Below, piece by piece: positions 16,346-25,786 of a stretch of DNA of 64,000 nt. The number at the start of each line of letters is the position of its first letter. Position 1 is the first letter of the stretch. This DNA is from an uncultured virus (IMG/VR IMGVR_UViG_3300007625_000001) (taxonomy: Duplodnaviria > Heunggongvirae > Uroviricota > Caudoviricetes): IMG/VR virus record IMGVR_UViG_3300007625_000001. One strand, 5' to 3'. A program made the position numbers and the translations under genes. The notes under the pieces were generated by a model. The model saw only the letters and a list, made by a program, of their open reading frames with translations, did not search any database and was not told where the DNA came from.

Positions 16346-16956
16346 TGGATGGCTTTAAAGCGTATCGTTATTACCTAGCGATTAAACTTCATTTCACTTC
16401 TGAAAAATTTAACGTCTTCGAAAATCGAGGTAATGTTAAAGGTACACGTGAAGCATTCACCGCCAGAAATGATAGATATATATTCGAGAAACTTGCCAAC
16501 AAGTACAACGATGATAGAGAAATTATTCAGTTCTTTGTTGCAAATTTTGCTTATGGTAATGAGTCTGCGATATATGAAGGACAACAGGCAGAAGAAAATC
16601 TTGTCGAATGGATTAAACGAAAACAGTCAATCACACAAAGGTTCATTGATGACTTAGCTACTATATTAACACACACTGAGGTAAATAGGTTACCACAAAC
16701 ATCTATCTTCAACTTTATTGATTCTGCATATCCAGTTACATTAGAGTTGTTTGTTGGAGGTAAGGTATCGATAGAAACTCTTAGGATTATAGATGATTTT
16801 TATCCGATAATTGCAAAATGGCAAGATAATACCTCTATTAAATATATTTGGAATCAAGAATTGTTGAGAATTAAAAAGTTGACTGGCTTCGTTAAATACG
16901 ATAGAATTAAGGCTGAAAAGATCTTTAGTCACTTCATGGAAGAAATCGAGATTTGA
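16345..16956 (+). CDS. gp59: helicase loader
   Basis: GF.AY..YLAIKLHF, F..R.DRY.FEKLA, FFVANF; synteny. Confidence 0.85.
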   Translation: MDGFKAYRYYLAIKLHFTSEKFNVFENRGNVKGTREAFTARNDRYIFEKLANKYNDDREIIQFFVANFAYGNESAIYEGQQAEENLVEWIKRKQSITQRFIDDLATILTHTEVNRLPQTSIFNFIDSAYPVTLELFVGGKVSIETLRIIDDFYPIIAKWQDNTSIKYIWNQELLRIKKLTGFVKYDRIKAEKIFSHFMEEIEI

Positions 16957-16960
16957 CATC

Positions 16961-17179
16961 ATGGGCAAGACATATTATAAGTCATCGAAATCAGATGATG
17001 ATAGTTTTGGTGGTCGTTCAGGGAAACCTGCCAAACATGCTAGTGGTCGAAAGACTGGTGGTATGAGAACGATAAATAGTTATGTTGAAGAAGATTATGA
17101 TTTAAACAATGAAGACTTTGATGACGACATTGAACTAGATGATAAAATACAAATCGACCATACTAAAAATAAACCGTAA
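16961..17179 (+). CDS. small protein with basic N-terminus and acidic C-terminus
   Basis: ORF track; between gp59 and gp32. Confidence 0.7.
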   Translation: MGKTYYKSSKSDDDSFGGRSGKPAKHASGRKTGGMRTINSYVEEDYDLNNEDFDDDIELDDKIQIDHTKNKP

Positions 17180-17200
17180 TATTAATATAAAGGAAATACG

Positions 17201-18103
17201 ATGGACATTCAAACACTCCGCAAAATGCGCAATCAAGACTTCGGAAAAATCTCTGGAGAATTCGATAAGATTGCTAATCCCCAAACCGAAAAGAAATCAT
17301 ATTCAGACGATCGCTTCTGGCGTCTCGAAGGTGACAAAGCTGGCAATGGCACAGCAACTTTCCGATTCCTACCACGTGTAGAAGGTGATGAACTCCCATG
17401 GGTTCGAATCTTTTCTCATGGCTTCCAAGGTCCAACTGGAAAGTGGTATATCGAAAATTCTCTAACCACTCTTGGTGAGAATGACCCTGTTGGTGAGTTG
17501 AACACAACTCTTTGGAACTCTGGTTCTGAAGCCAACAAAGAAATCGCTCGTAAACAAAAACGTAAGTTGTCATTTATTGCCAACATTCTCATTGTGTCTG
17601 ATCCAAAGCATCCAGAGAATGAAGGTAAGGTATTCTTGTTTAAATTTGGCAAGAAAATCTTTGATAAGATCATGGACAAAGCACGTCCAACTTTCGAAGA
17701 CGAAAAGCCTGTAAACGTGTTTGATTTGTGGGAAGGTTCTAACTTCAAATTGCGTATGCGTAAGAAAGATGGCTACGCAAACTATGACGAATCTTCTTTT
17801 GCAGATCCAGCACCTGCTGCTTCTGATGAAGACTTGGTTCGTATCGTAAATGGTCAGTACAAGTTGTCTGAGTTTACTGATCGTAGTAACTTCAAGTCTT
17901 ATGATGAGTTGAAGAAGAAACTAGATGCAGTTCTTTCTGGTGATTCTTTTGCTGGTAAGTCTGCTGCACAAATGGCTGAAGAAGAAGATCGTCCTGTTGC
18001 ATCTGCACCAAAGATGGCTTCTAAACCAGCACCTGTGTCAAAGTCGATGGATGACGATGAAGATGTTATGTCTTATTTTCAGAAGATCGCTAAAGAAGAC
18101 TAA
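17201..18103 (+). CDS. gp32: single-stranded DNA-binding protein
   Basis: DDRFW...DKAGNG.A.FRFLP, HGFQGP.GKWYIENS.TT, NEGKVFLFKFGKKIFDKI, acidic tail. Confidence 0.97.
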   Translation: MDIQTLRKMRNQDFGKISGEFDKIANPQTEKKSYSDDRFWRLEGDKAGNGTATFRFLPRVEGDELPWVRIFSHGFQGPTGKWYIENSLTTLGENDPVGELNTTLWNSGSEANKEIARKQKRKLSFIANILIVSDPKHPENEGKVFLFKFGKKIFDKIMDKARPTFEDEKPVNVFDLWEGSNFKLRMRKKDGYANYDESSFADPAPAASDEDLVRIVNGQYKLSEFTDRSNFKSYDELKKKLDAVLSGDSFAGKSAAQMAEEEDRPVASAPKMASKPAPVSKSMDDDEDVMSYFQKIAKED

Positions 18104-18115
18104 TTAGTTTTTACC

Positions 18116-18146
18116 AAAAAGAAAGGGGACGAAAGTCCCCTTTTTT
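18116..18146. terminator. bidirectional intrinsic terminator between convergent genes
   Basis: AAAGGGGAC-GAAA-GTCCCCTTT with A-tract before and T-tract after. Confidence 0.9.
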
Positions 18147-18147
18147 A

Positions 18148-20238
18148 TTATGCGAATTTAGATCGTAACCAACTACTTGCTGATGATTCAGGATTTCTTA
18201 TCGCTGGTCTTGTTACTTGCGTTACATTAGAGTTGTTTGTTACTGGTGCATTTACTGCGACAGTGCCACCACCCTTAGCATTTTGTCCCTTAACTTCGGC
18301 AGAAGTATCTGCATTCATTTTAGAAGCATTGGCTACTTTAGTACCATCCACTTGCATGGCACCACCAGCTGCAACGAATGCTGTTGCTTTTAGCCATGGG
18401 AAGTCATTGACAGCATCCATTCCACCTTTTGGAATTTTACCGAATGCTACCATAGCACCACTCAACTTATCGAGTCCCATTGCTGCTTTCATCACACCTT
18501 CGCCATTTTGACCAATTTTAATCAATTGTTCAACAGGACTATCAGTGCCAATAGTCAATAGTCTACCAACTAAGTTTCCGATACCAGCAACTGCCTGACC
18601 AGCACCAAATGCTGCCATAGCAAGACCCAATGCAGCTACACCTGCTGCTACTGATAGTAAATTACTACCATCCATCTTTCCTATTCGTTCGAGACCATCG
18701 GTCATGTCAGAAAAACCTTTTCCAACTGCCTGCATGGCTTCACCGATTACATACAACGCACCACCCATTAATCCTAATGCCACTGCGCCAGCAATAATTA
18801 AAGGTGCTGCTGTACCAGCAATTGCACCGATTATTCCAAGTCCTGCCACTGCTGCTAATCCTTTACCGATTGTTTCCCAATCTAATCCTTGGAAATTTTG
18901 CATAGCATCACCAGTGATCCATAGAGCACCAGCAAGTATTACTAATGCAGCACTGCCAATTAACATAGATGGAGAAGATTTTCCAAGCAACATAGCAATG
19001 CCAGCAAGTCCTAACAATGCCACCCCACCCATAGCGATACTTTCCCATTCGACATCAGCGAATTCTTGAAGTGCTTTTGCCGTTACGTATAATGCGCCAG
19101 CAAGTATCACCATCGATGCAGCACCTTTGATTACATTTGCATTACCAAATGAACCAATACCTTTAGCGATTCCAGTTAACAAACCTTGTATACCTGATCC
19201 AATACCTTTACCTAGTCCAGCGATACCACCACCAAGTGCTTTAAGACCAGCACCAATTCCAGCCATTATACCGCCACCACCTTCTCCACCAGATGCAGCC
19301 TGTGCTTTAACTGGTGTAGAATCACCTCTGGTATTTTCCTCAATCTTTTCCAGAAGATCAGTTTGAGAACCCATCATTCGATTATTTTCTAATTCAGTTT
19401 CTTCAGACTTACCTGCATTTGCTGCAGCTGTGGTAGCAGTTGGTGGTTTTAATCCAGCCGAGTTACCACTAAGATTACTAAGTATCGCTCTGTTCACTGG
19501 AGTTGGACTTTTCACATCAGTACTATAATCGTACTTTGCATATTCATCTGCACTGGCTTGTCGTTTATCTAATAAAGCACGACCTGCTTTAGATTTACCC
19601 ATCTCGTCATCACTATGACCCGTAATAGATTTAAACTTTTCTATAGCAGCTTCATTTTTCTTTATTTCTTTTGACGCATTGTGCGCACCCTCATAATCTT
19701 TTTTCAGCTGTTCACGTGTTCCTGGATTACCGAGTGCTTTTTGTTTTTCAATAAACTTTTCTCTTTCCATACTTTTATTGAATACACCACCGATGTTAAG
19801 TGCACCCATTACCTTCTGTTTCACATTACTAACAGATAGAGATTGTTTTAAGTTGTCTTTTTTATCTTGAATCTTTTCGCCGAGTGTTTTGAATGTTGTC
19901 ATACCTTTAGCAATTTCAGATATTGCTTTGGCTTCTTTGTCCCATTCTTTTTGGAAATCTTCGTCAGACTTCCCCATTCGTTTCGTAGTTTTTAACTGAT
20001 CAGATAGAGTATCTCTAATTTTAGCGAGGATAGCAGTATCGCTTGCCTGTCCTCCACCAAGTTTAGCAGCAGTGGCAGATTGAACCTTATTCGATAATTC
20101 CATTAGTTGTTTAATGGAAGTCAACTCACCTAATGTAGCAGATTGAACTGCTAAAATTTGTGAGAATCCTTCAGTAGTAGTACTGGTCTGTTCTCTAATA
20201 CTAGAATTTACCGAACTGTTGCTGGTTCTCTTTGCCAT
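18148..20238 (-). CDS. tape measure / baseplate hub (gp29-like) protein
   Basis: 696 aa; helical N-terminal part and Ala/Gly-rich hydrophobic repeats; directly follows gp26-gp51. Confidence 0.7.
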   Translation of the reverse strand: MAKRTSNSSVNSSIREQTSTTTEGFSQILAVQSATLGELTSIKQLMELSNKVQSATAAKLGGGQASDTAILAKIRDTLSDQLKTTKRMGKSDEDFQKEWDKEAKAISEIAKGMTTFKTLGEKIQDKKDNLKQSLSVSNVKQKVMGALNIGGVFNKSMEREKFIEKQKALGNPGTREQLKKDYEGAHNASKEIKKNEAAIEKFKSITGHSDDEMGKSKAGRALLDKRQASADEYAKYDYSTDVKSPTPVNRAILSNLSGNSAGLKPPTATTAAANAGKSEETELENNRMMGSQTDLLEKIEENTRGDSTPVKAQAASGGEGGGGIMAGIGAGLKALGGGIAGLGKGIGSGIQGLLTGIAKGIGSFGNANVIKGAASMVILAGALYVTAKALQEFADVEWESIAMGGVALLGLAGIAMLLGKSSPSMLIGSAALVILAGALWITGDAMQNFQGLDWETIGKGLAAVAGLGIIGAIAGTAAPLIIAGAVALGLMGGALYVIGEAMQAVGKGFSDMTDGLERIGKMDGSNLLSVAAGVAALGLAMAAFGAGQAVAGIGNLVGRLLTIGTDSPVEQLIKIGQNGEGVMKAAMGLDKLSGAMVAFGKIPKGGMDAVNDFPWLKATAFVAAGGAMQVDGTKVANASKMNADTSAEVKGQNAKGGGTVAVNAPVTNNSNVTQVTRPAIRNPESSASSWLRSKFA

Positions 20239-20239
20239 T

Positions 20240-20389
20240 TTATCTTACTCTCTTTTGTGATTCTAATCTACGTTTTTCTTCTTCTAAATACTGAATCAAC
20301 ATATGCACATATATTTCTCGTTCAAACGGTATCATTTCCTCAATTTCCGTAAGCGAGTACTTGTGGTATTGCATTAAAGCAAAATTCAT
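20240..20389 (-). CDS. gp51: baseplate hub assembly catalyst (frame open upstream to 20437; probably expressed by -1 frameshift from gp26)
   Basis: Hand translation MNFALMQYHKYSLTEIEEMIPFEREIYVHMLIQYLEEEKRRLESQKRVR*. Not in ORF track. Confidence 0.85.
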   Translation of the reverse strand: MNFALMQYHKYSLTEIEEMIPFEREIYVHMLIQYLEEEKRRLESQKRVR

Positions 20390-20427
20390 CTTATAATAAT
20401 TGTGCAATGTCTCATGACAAAGGTTTA

Positions 20428-21150
20428 TTAAAAAAAACTTTGGAGTCCCTCCAATGTCTTCTTATGTTCTTTACTACAAAGGGGACATGTGTACTCAATA
20501 TCTTTTTTAATCTTAGGCATTGTAGTAAAGAATTTTTGTACTTTCAGAAACTGTTCTGAAGTTAAATTCTCAACGAATGCTAAAAGTTCTTTTTCTGTTT
20601 GTTCATGACCATGGAAAATTTCATCGCCTTGATAGATATAATCTATTGAATTTGCGATAATCTTAAAGATATTGTCGATATTTTCTGTATCTGCAAGTTC
20701 TAGTTTCTTGGACATTTCTACTGTTGGATATTTCATCACAACACCAACATCTCCAAACAACTCAATCTTTTTATTATGGTCTGCATCTTTTTCTACGGAC
20801 AGTTTTGTTAAGTCAATACTAATCTTAACTTTGGCTTTGTCGTTTTCTTCACCATGATCTACATCACATGGGACTAAAATTTCAATAATTTCTCCAACAG
20901 ACTTAGCACGAATCTGAGTAAACATATACTCAAGATCAAATGTTGCCAGTTTGTTAATATCAATCTTATCAAGAACACAAGAGCCGATAACACCCTTCAG
21001 ACTATCTACCATCACAGATAAATCTTCACTTTGTTGGGCAATCAGCAGAGCCTTTTCTTCTTTAATAAGAAATGGACGGTATTTAATCGATTCATTAGTT
21101 GAGGGAACCACCATACTGTATGTTGGTGTACTCATCATTGGTAAAGACAT
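20428..21150 (-). CDS. gp26: baseplate hub subunit / assembly chaperone
   Basis: MSLP...PTY, YRPFL.KEEK.LL.A, FDLEY.F.QIRAKSVGE, CP.C, LEGLQSFF. Confidence 0.92.
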   Translation of the reverse strand: MSLPMMSTPTYSMVVPSTNESIKYRPFLIKEEKALLIAQQSEDLSVMVDSLKGVIGSCVLDKIDINKLATFDLEYMFTQIRAKSVGEIIEILVPCDVDHGEENDKAKVKISIDLTKLSVEKDADHNKKIELFGDVGVVMKYPTVEMSKKLELADTENIDNIFKIIANSIDYIYQGDEIFHGHEQTEKELLAFVENLTSEQFLKVQKFFTTMPKIKKDIEYTCPLCSKEHKKTLEGLQSFF

Positions 21151-21151
21151 A

Positions 21152-21568
21152 TTATTCTCCTTTAGACATATTCTTAATTAACTTATTCAACTCACTTGTG
21201 CTACCTACAAAGATAGCATTGTTTGTCACCTTCTTACTCGTTTCTGATTTAGAAGGTGCATCAAGTTTGGCTTTTTGCTGATGTATATCCATAAGTTGTT
21301 GGTTAACATCGGCTAACTGTTTCATCAAATTACCCACGACTTCAAAAGCACGTGGGTGTTCACTAGATTTTGCTACTTCCAAAGCATGCATTAAAGCATT
21401 TTGTCCTGTAGTAAGTAACTCACGAAGATTATCTCTGGCTGTATCATAGTCAGATTCAATTCTTTCATTTGGTGGAGTTACTATTTCTCCTGTTTCAGCA
21501 ACAATCATTTCATTCTTTGGTATTGAAGGGATATCAAAGACTTGTGACAAAGAATCATCAATTTTCAT
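21152..21568 (-). CDS. gp16: terminase small subunit
   Basis: DY..AR.NL..L, A..SEHPRAFEV...L.K, NNAIFVGSTSEL.K. Confidence 0.88.
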   Translation of the reverse strand: MKIDDSLSQVFDIPSIPKNEMIVAETGEIVTPPNERIESDYDTARDNLRELLTTGQNALMHALEVAKSSEHPRAFEVVGNLMKQLADVNQQLMDIHQQKAKLDAPSKSETSKKVTNNAIFVGSTSELNKLIKNMSKGE

Positions 21569-21573
21569 ATTTA

Positions 21574-21996
21574 TTAATCGTTTCTAGTGTTTCTTGTTGG
21601 TGGGTCACCTGGAAATCCTGCACCAAAACTTGCTGCTGGCGCAGGGGTTGGGAATGCTGGCGCAGGTACACCAGCAACTGGGAATGCTGGAGTTGTTGGT
21701 GTGATAGTAGGTGTAGCATTTGTTGCTGTTCCTGCAATCTTTTCTTGAGTTCTTCCGAATGCTGCGATACCTAATACCGCACCCATGGCTAAGTGAAACA
21801 AACCAGCACCTTGTAGTGTCAGTGGATTCCATTGAGTGACTGGCTGTTTCATTGTTGCCTGTAGTAATGCCCACAGAACTGGAAATATAACCATGTCACA
21901 CATACACACAATCATGTACATCCAACCCATAGCTGGACGCCACTTTTTCTGCATCCAGTCTTCGTCTTTTTTAACTTCTTTAATTTCATCAGCCAT
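21574..21996 (-). CDS. holin (3TM / GTA-holin-like)
   Basis: WRPAMGW.Y, hydrophobic segments, LG..AFGRT.EKI. Confidence 0.65.
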   Translation of the reverse strand: MADEIKEVKKDEDWMQKKWRPAMGWMYMIVCMCDMVIFPVLWALLQATMKQPVTQWNPLTLQGAGLFHLAMGAVLGIAAFGRTQEKIAGTATNATPTITPTTPAFPVAGVPAPAFPTPAPAASFGAGFPGDPPTRNTRND

Positions 21997-22006
21997 CTTT
22001 ATCTCC

Positions 22007-22735
22007 TTAACGTCTTCTTAACAGACTTGGTATTTTTGTAACTAATTTTGCACCAATTGCACCTATAGCAAAATTCTTCAATTTGTCCACTAATGTATTT
22101 TGTTGTTTTGGACTAACTGAATCAACAGTTGTTGTAAAGTCTGGACTATATCTGCTCGCTGAATCTGGAATCACCCCATAAGTCTGGGATATGTGTTCAT
22201 CAGATAATTTAAATCCATCTGCAACTCTTTCCGTAATATAGTATTTGTAGACAAAGTTCACTGACATCTTCATGACATCTTTTGAAGTTGTATCTAATTG
22301 TATAGCACCTACACTTTTTGGGTATGCTTCAAACATAGTGACTTTATATCTAACATTATTTTCTAGATCTTCCACGAATACTGTAATGTCTGTAATGTAT
22401 TCTTTATAGTAGCTGAACAGACGAGTATCTGGATTTTGAATAGAGATTGTCCATGTATCAAACAATTCTTTAACTGCCATTGCTCTGTCTACATAAAATG
22501 ACATTGATATTGGTTCGTAAAGTCTTTCATATGGTGTTTCTCTAAATTCACCGAATGCTCTATTCTGTGTTGTTGAATAATTAGTACCTGGAATTTGTAC
22601 TTGGTCACAAAGTAATCCAACTAATCCTATCACTTCTGGATCCAGAAAAGGTGGTTGGAACATAACATGGAATCTATTAGTTCTAGATAATCCACCTCTT
22701 TTTATTTGAGCAACAAATTCGTTTAGTTCAGCCAT
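22007..22735 (-). CDS. gp54: tail tube initiator / baseplate subunit (gp54-like, tube fold)
   Basis: GL.R.NRF.V, C..V.IPG, F..W, EAYP.SV...L, V.F.Y; synteny with gp2 and gp4. Confidence 0.7.
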   Translation of the reverse strand: MAELNEFVAQIKRGGLSRTNRFHVMFQPPFLDPEVIGLVGLLCDQVQIPGTNYSTTQNRAFGEFRETPYERLYEPISMSFYVDRAMAVKELFDTWTISIQNPDTRLFSYYKEYITDITVFVEDLENNVRYKVTMFEAYPKSVGAIQLDTTSKDVMKMSVNFVYKYYITERVADGFKLSDEHISQTYGVIPDSASRYSPDFTTTVDSVSPKQQNTLVDKLKNFAIGAIGAKLVTKIPSLLRRR

Positions 22736-23334
22736 TATAGTTTTCTTATTTTCTTTCTGGAGTCAGACCAGACTTGTTGTTTAGATGCGCCAACAAATCG
22801 TTCTACAGGAAGCAACATAGCAGTTGCCCAGTCAGCAGAACTAACTCTTCTAAATTGGCTTCTTACATGACTATTTAAATATTGTTTAACACATGGATGG
22901 GCTGCTTTGTATTTCGAAACACCATCTATAAGAGCCCATGAATATTTCAACTTTGTAGTTTCATCCCAACGACTATTGTTCTTAAAGGTTAGCAGAGCAT
23001 CTAATAAATAGATTCGAAGGTCGTATGGAAGATAATGCATATTAAGACCATAGAATCCATCTGCAGTTTTTCTAAATGGAAACACTAGAGGGAATCTATC
23101 ATAGTATGGAAGATCCTCTTTTGTTTTTGGATCATAAGCATACATATACAAACTTCCAGGTTGTATAGTAGTTGTATTCTGTGAAGGATCACCTTTTATC
23201 ACTTGATTTGGGGTGATGTTTTGCTGGGCGAGAGAACTCACCTGTTTGTTGAACCAACTAGTAGATCGTTTAACTGATGTTAATAGATCGTACTGATTAC
23301 GTTCAAATACGTCTTGCATTGGTTTTTTAGCCAT
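22735..23334 (-). CDS. gp2: DNA end protector protein
   Basis: YDPK.K..LPYYDRFPLV, GLN.HYLP, C.K.YL..HV.S.F. Confidence 0.93.
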   Translation of the reverse strand: MAKKPMQDVFERNQYDLLTSVKRSTSWFNKQVSSLAQQNITPNQVIKGDPSQNTTTIQPGSLYMYAYDPKTKEDLPYYDRFPLVFPFRKTADGFYGLNMHYLPYDLRIYLLDALLTFKNNSRWDETTKLKYSWALIDGVSKYKAAHPCVKQYLNSHVRSQFRRVSSADWATAMLLPVERFVGASKQQVWSDSRKKIRKL

Positions 23335-23339
23335 AATGT

Positions 23340-23346
23340 TATTTAG
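23340..23346 (-). promoter_or_regulatory. late promoter-like motif CTAAATA
   Basis: 5 nt upstream of the gp2 ATG. Confidence 0.6.
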
Positions 23347-23347
23347 G

Positions 23348-23785
23348 TTACTTCAAACCAAGTTCGTGTTCTGTTATTATTTTAAATTCCCATCCACGAT
23401 CTTTAGCGTATGCTCTTGCAGCAGCCCATTTGGCTTGATTTTTGATATACATAAACGATTCTTGTAGATAACGCTGGGTTTGTTTCCCAGGATATTGTGG
23501 AGGATTGGTTTGTTTCTCTGGCTTAACTTCAATTAAGTATGTTTTCAACTTACCGTCATTAGAATTAACCTGTATTTTAAAGTCTACAAAGTAACGATGG
23601 ATCAGGTTATCTGTTGGACAACGATATGGAACAACAGTTTCTTCTGAACTCCATTTAATAACACTAGGGTTCTTATCGCACCACATGGCAAAGCGTGTTT
23701 CCCAGCTAGATCTCATAATTATATTTGTAGGATCCCCTGCATATTTTTCTGCAAAAACTGGCTTGAACGATCTTTTATGGAACAT
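23348..23785 (-). CDS. gp4: head completion nuclease
   Basis: KY.GDP.NI..RSSWE, W.SEE..VPY, HRYFVDF, IEVKP, NQAKW.AA, F.IITE.EL. Confidence 0.93.
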   Translation of the reverse strand: MFHKRSFKPVFAEKYAGDPTNIIMRSSWETRFAMWCDKNPSVIKWSSEETVVPYRCPTDNLIHRYFVDFKIQVNSNDGKLKTYLIEVKPEKQTNPPQYPGKQTQRYLQESFMYIKNQAKWAAARAYAKDRGWEFKIITEHELGLK

Positions 23786-23825
23786 AAATAACTAATTAGA
23801 AATAAATAACATCCCCTTTATTTAG
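23784..23825. promoter_or_regulatory. divergent late promoter-like motifs
   Basis: ATAAATA (+) at 23784 and 23802; CTAAATA (-) at 23819-23825; between divergent gp4 and gp48. Confidence 0.55.
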
Positions 23826-23834
23826 AGAAACCAA

Positions 23835-25037
23835 ATGGCACTACAATATAACGACGATGGCGAACCAGAAGATCAGCCAGTAGAAACACCTGATAATCAG
23901 GCAGAGGTTCAAGCGCAAACACGTGCCGTACCTGTTTCTAAGAGAGAAACTTATCCAGAAAAACAAGCAACTAAATTTGAACAATTTGGTAAAGAAACTG
24001 GTAAGTATGACATCGGTAATTATCAGTATCCTGATGATTTAACTACTGATTTTAGGTATGGTGGTAACTATGTTATTTTTTACATTAACGTAGCAGAAGA
24101 TTCGAAGTTAATATCAAAATATAAAGCAGATACGGTAGATGATTTCCCAGCCAGAGATGTTGGAGATAATCGTGCCATGAATTGGGATCAAAAGAGTCTT
24201 ATCGGAGCAAATGCTGGGGTTAATACTATTACTGGTATTGCAGGTGGAACCATCGGATTCGGTCCAGCTAAAAGTGTTGCTGAGGGTGTTGGTAATGCAG
24301 CTAAAGGTGCAGCTGTAGCAAATATTGGAACTGTTGGTATTGCAGTAGCATCTACAATGACTACTGATCAGTTAAGATCTCAGAAAAGATTAAAGACTGC
24401 TATTGCTTTACATATACCAAACAAACTTGGTATAAAGTATGGAGTTACATATGACTCCACTGATACTGCTGGGCTTGGTATGGTAAAAGCACTTGGTGGA
24501 GAAACAGCTGATGCTATTATGAATGCGCTTGGAAAATCTAGTAAAGAAAGTAATGTTACTGGTGTGGCTCAGGCAGTTATCACAAACCTAGCATTATCAA
24601 AAGGACCAAATGCCGAAGCAAATTCACAGATGCTTGGCATGGCAGCAAATCCTAAGAAAGAACAAGTATTTAAGGGTGTTGACTTTAGATCGTTCTCTTT
24701 TGAATATCAATTCTTTCCAAGAGATTATAGCGAAGCACAAAATGTACTTAGGATCATTGAAGAATTTAAGTTTCATATGCATCCAGAATTTAAAGATGAC
24801 AATAACTTCGTTTATCTCTATCCTTCTGAATTTGATATTTTTTACTATCAGGGTGGAGAAGAGAATTTAAATTTACATCGTCATACGTCATGTGTTCTTA
24901 CAGATTTAGATATTGATTATACTCCAAATGGACAATTTACTACATTTGCTGATGGCATGCCAACTCAAATTAATGTTACTTTAGCATTTAGAGAATTGGC
25001 TCTGTTGACAAAAGATAAGATTAAGGCAGGTCTATAA
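23835..25037 (+). CDS. gp48: baseplate tail tube cap
   Basis: NP..EQ.FKGVDFRSFSF.Y.F.P, EA..V..II..FK, CVLT...DYTP.G, L.F.E. Confidence 0.88.
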   Translation: MALQYNDDGEPEDQPVETPDNQAEVQAQTRAVPVSKRETYPEKQATKFEQFGKETGKYDIGNYQYPDDLTTDFRYGGNYVIFYINVAEDSKLISKYKADTVDDFPARDVGDNRAMNWDQKSLIGANAGVNTITGIAGGTIGFGPAKSVAEGVGNAAKGAAVANIGTVGIAVASTMTTDQLRSQKRLKTAIALHIPNKLGIKYGVTYDSTDTAGLGMVKALGGETADAIMNALGKSSKESNVTGVAQAVITNLALSKGPNAEANSQMLGMAANPKKEQVFKGVDFRSFSFEYQFFPRDYSEAQNVLRIIEEFKFHMHPEFKDDNNFVYLYPSEFDIFYYQGGEENLNLHRHTSCVLTDLDIDYTPNGQFTTFADGMPTQINVTLAFRELALLTKDKIKAGL

Positions 25038-25786
25038 TGTACTTCGAAAATTTTCAAAAAATATTATATGATTTTGACATAGAAGCAAAGGCTGGCACTG
25101 GCACTCAGGCATATGCAATCTGTGATTTGGCTGGTGGTGGTGTGAATGCAATTACTGTAACGAACGTGGGTTCTGGATATACTTCAGCAACTTGTATATT
25201 TGGACCACCCGATAATGGTGAAGCTGGTGTATCTGCAACTGGAAGAGTAGTAGTTATTGGTGGACAGATATCATCTATAGTTGTAACAAATCCAGGAACT
25301 GGATATACTACTATACCAGATGTAACAATTTCTAATCCATATGGTATCACTAGAAAATTTCATAAACTTATTGCCATGACGGATATTACTACAAATATTC
25401 GTTTTAGAAAAGAAATTCTATCTAATGTAACTACATATGACTCATATGATATTAAAGATGGAGATACTCCAGAAATTCTTGCTGAGAAAATATATGGTAG
25501 TCCAGAATATCATTGGGTTATAATGTTAGCAAATAATCGTTATGATTATTTGGCTGACTGGCCACTAACGTATGGTGCTCTTCAAGAATATGTAGATTCA
25601 AAATATGGAGCCACTGCAGATAGCATTCGTCATTATGAAGATGCCAATGGTCATGTAGTTATGGGTGGTGTTTCAGTATCTAATAGAGAATATGAAGAAC
25701 GAATAAATGAAAGAAAGAGAAGAATAAAAATAATTTCTCCTTCTTTAATTAGCACTATTCTGGCGAATTACAAAGATTTGATTTAA
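25037..25786 (+). CDS. gp53: baseplate wedge subunit with inserted beta-repeat module
   Basis: MYF..F..I.Y, Y.IKDGDTPE.LA.K.YG...YHWVI, WP, YE...NE.KR.IK. Confidence 0.88.
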   Translation: MYFENFQKILYDFDIEAKAGTGTQAYAICDLAGGGVNAITVTNVGSGYTSATCIFGPPDNGEAGVSATGRVVVIGGQISSIVVTNPGTGYTTIPDVTISNPYGITRKFHKLIAMTDITTNIRFRKEILSNVTTYDSYDIKDGDTPEILAEKIYGSPEYHWVIMLANNRYDYLADWPLTYGALQEYVDSKYGATADSIRHYEDANGHVVMGGVSVSNREYEERINERKRRIKIISPSLISTILANYKDLI

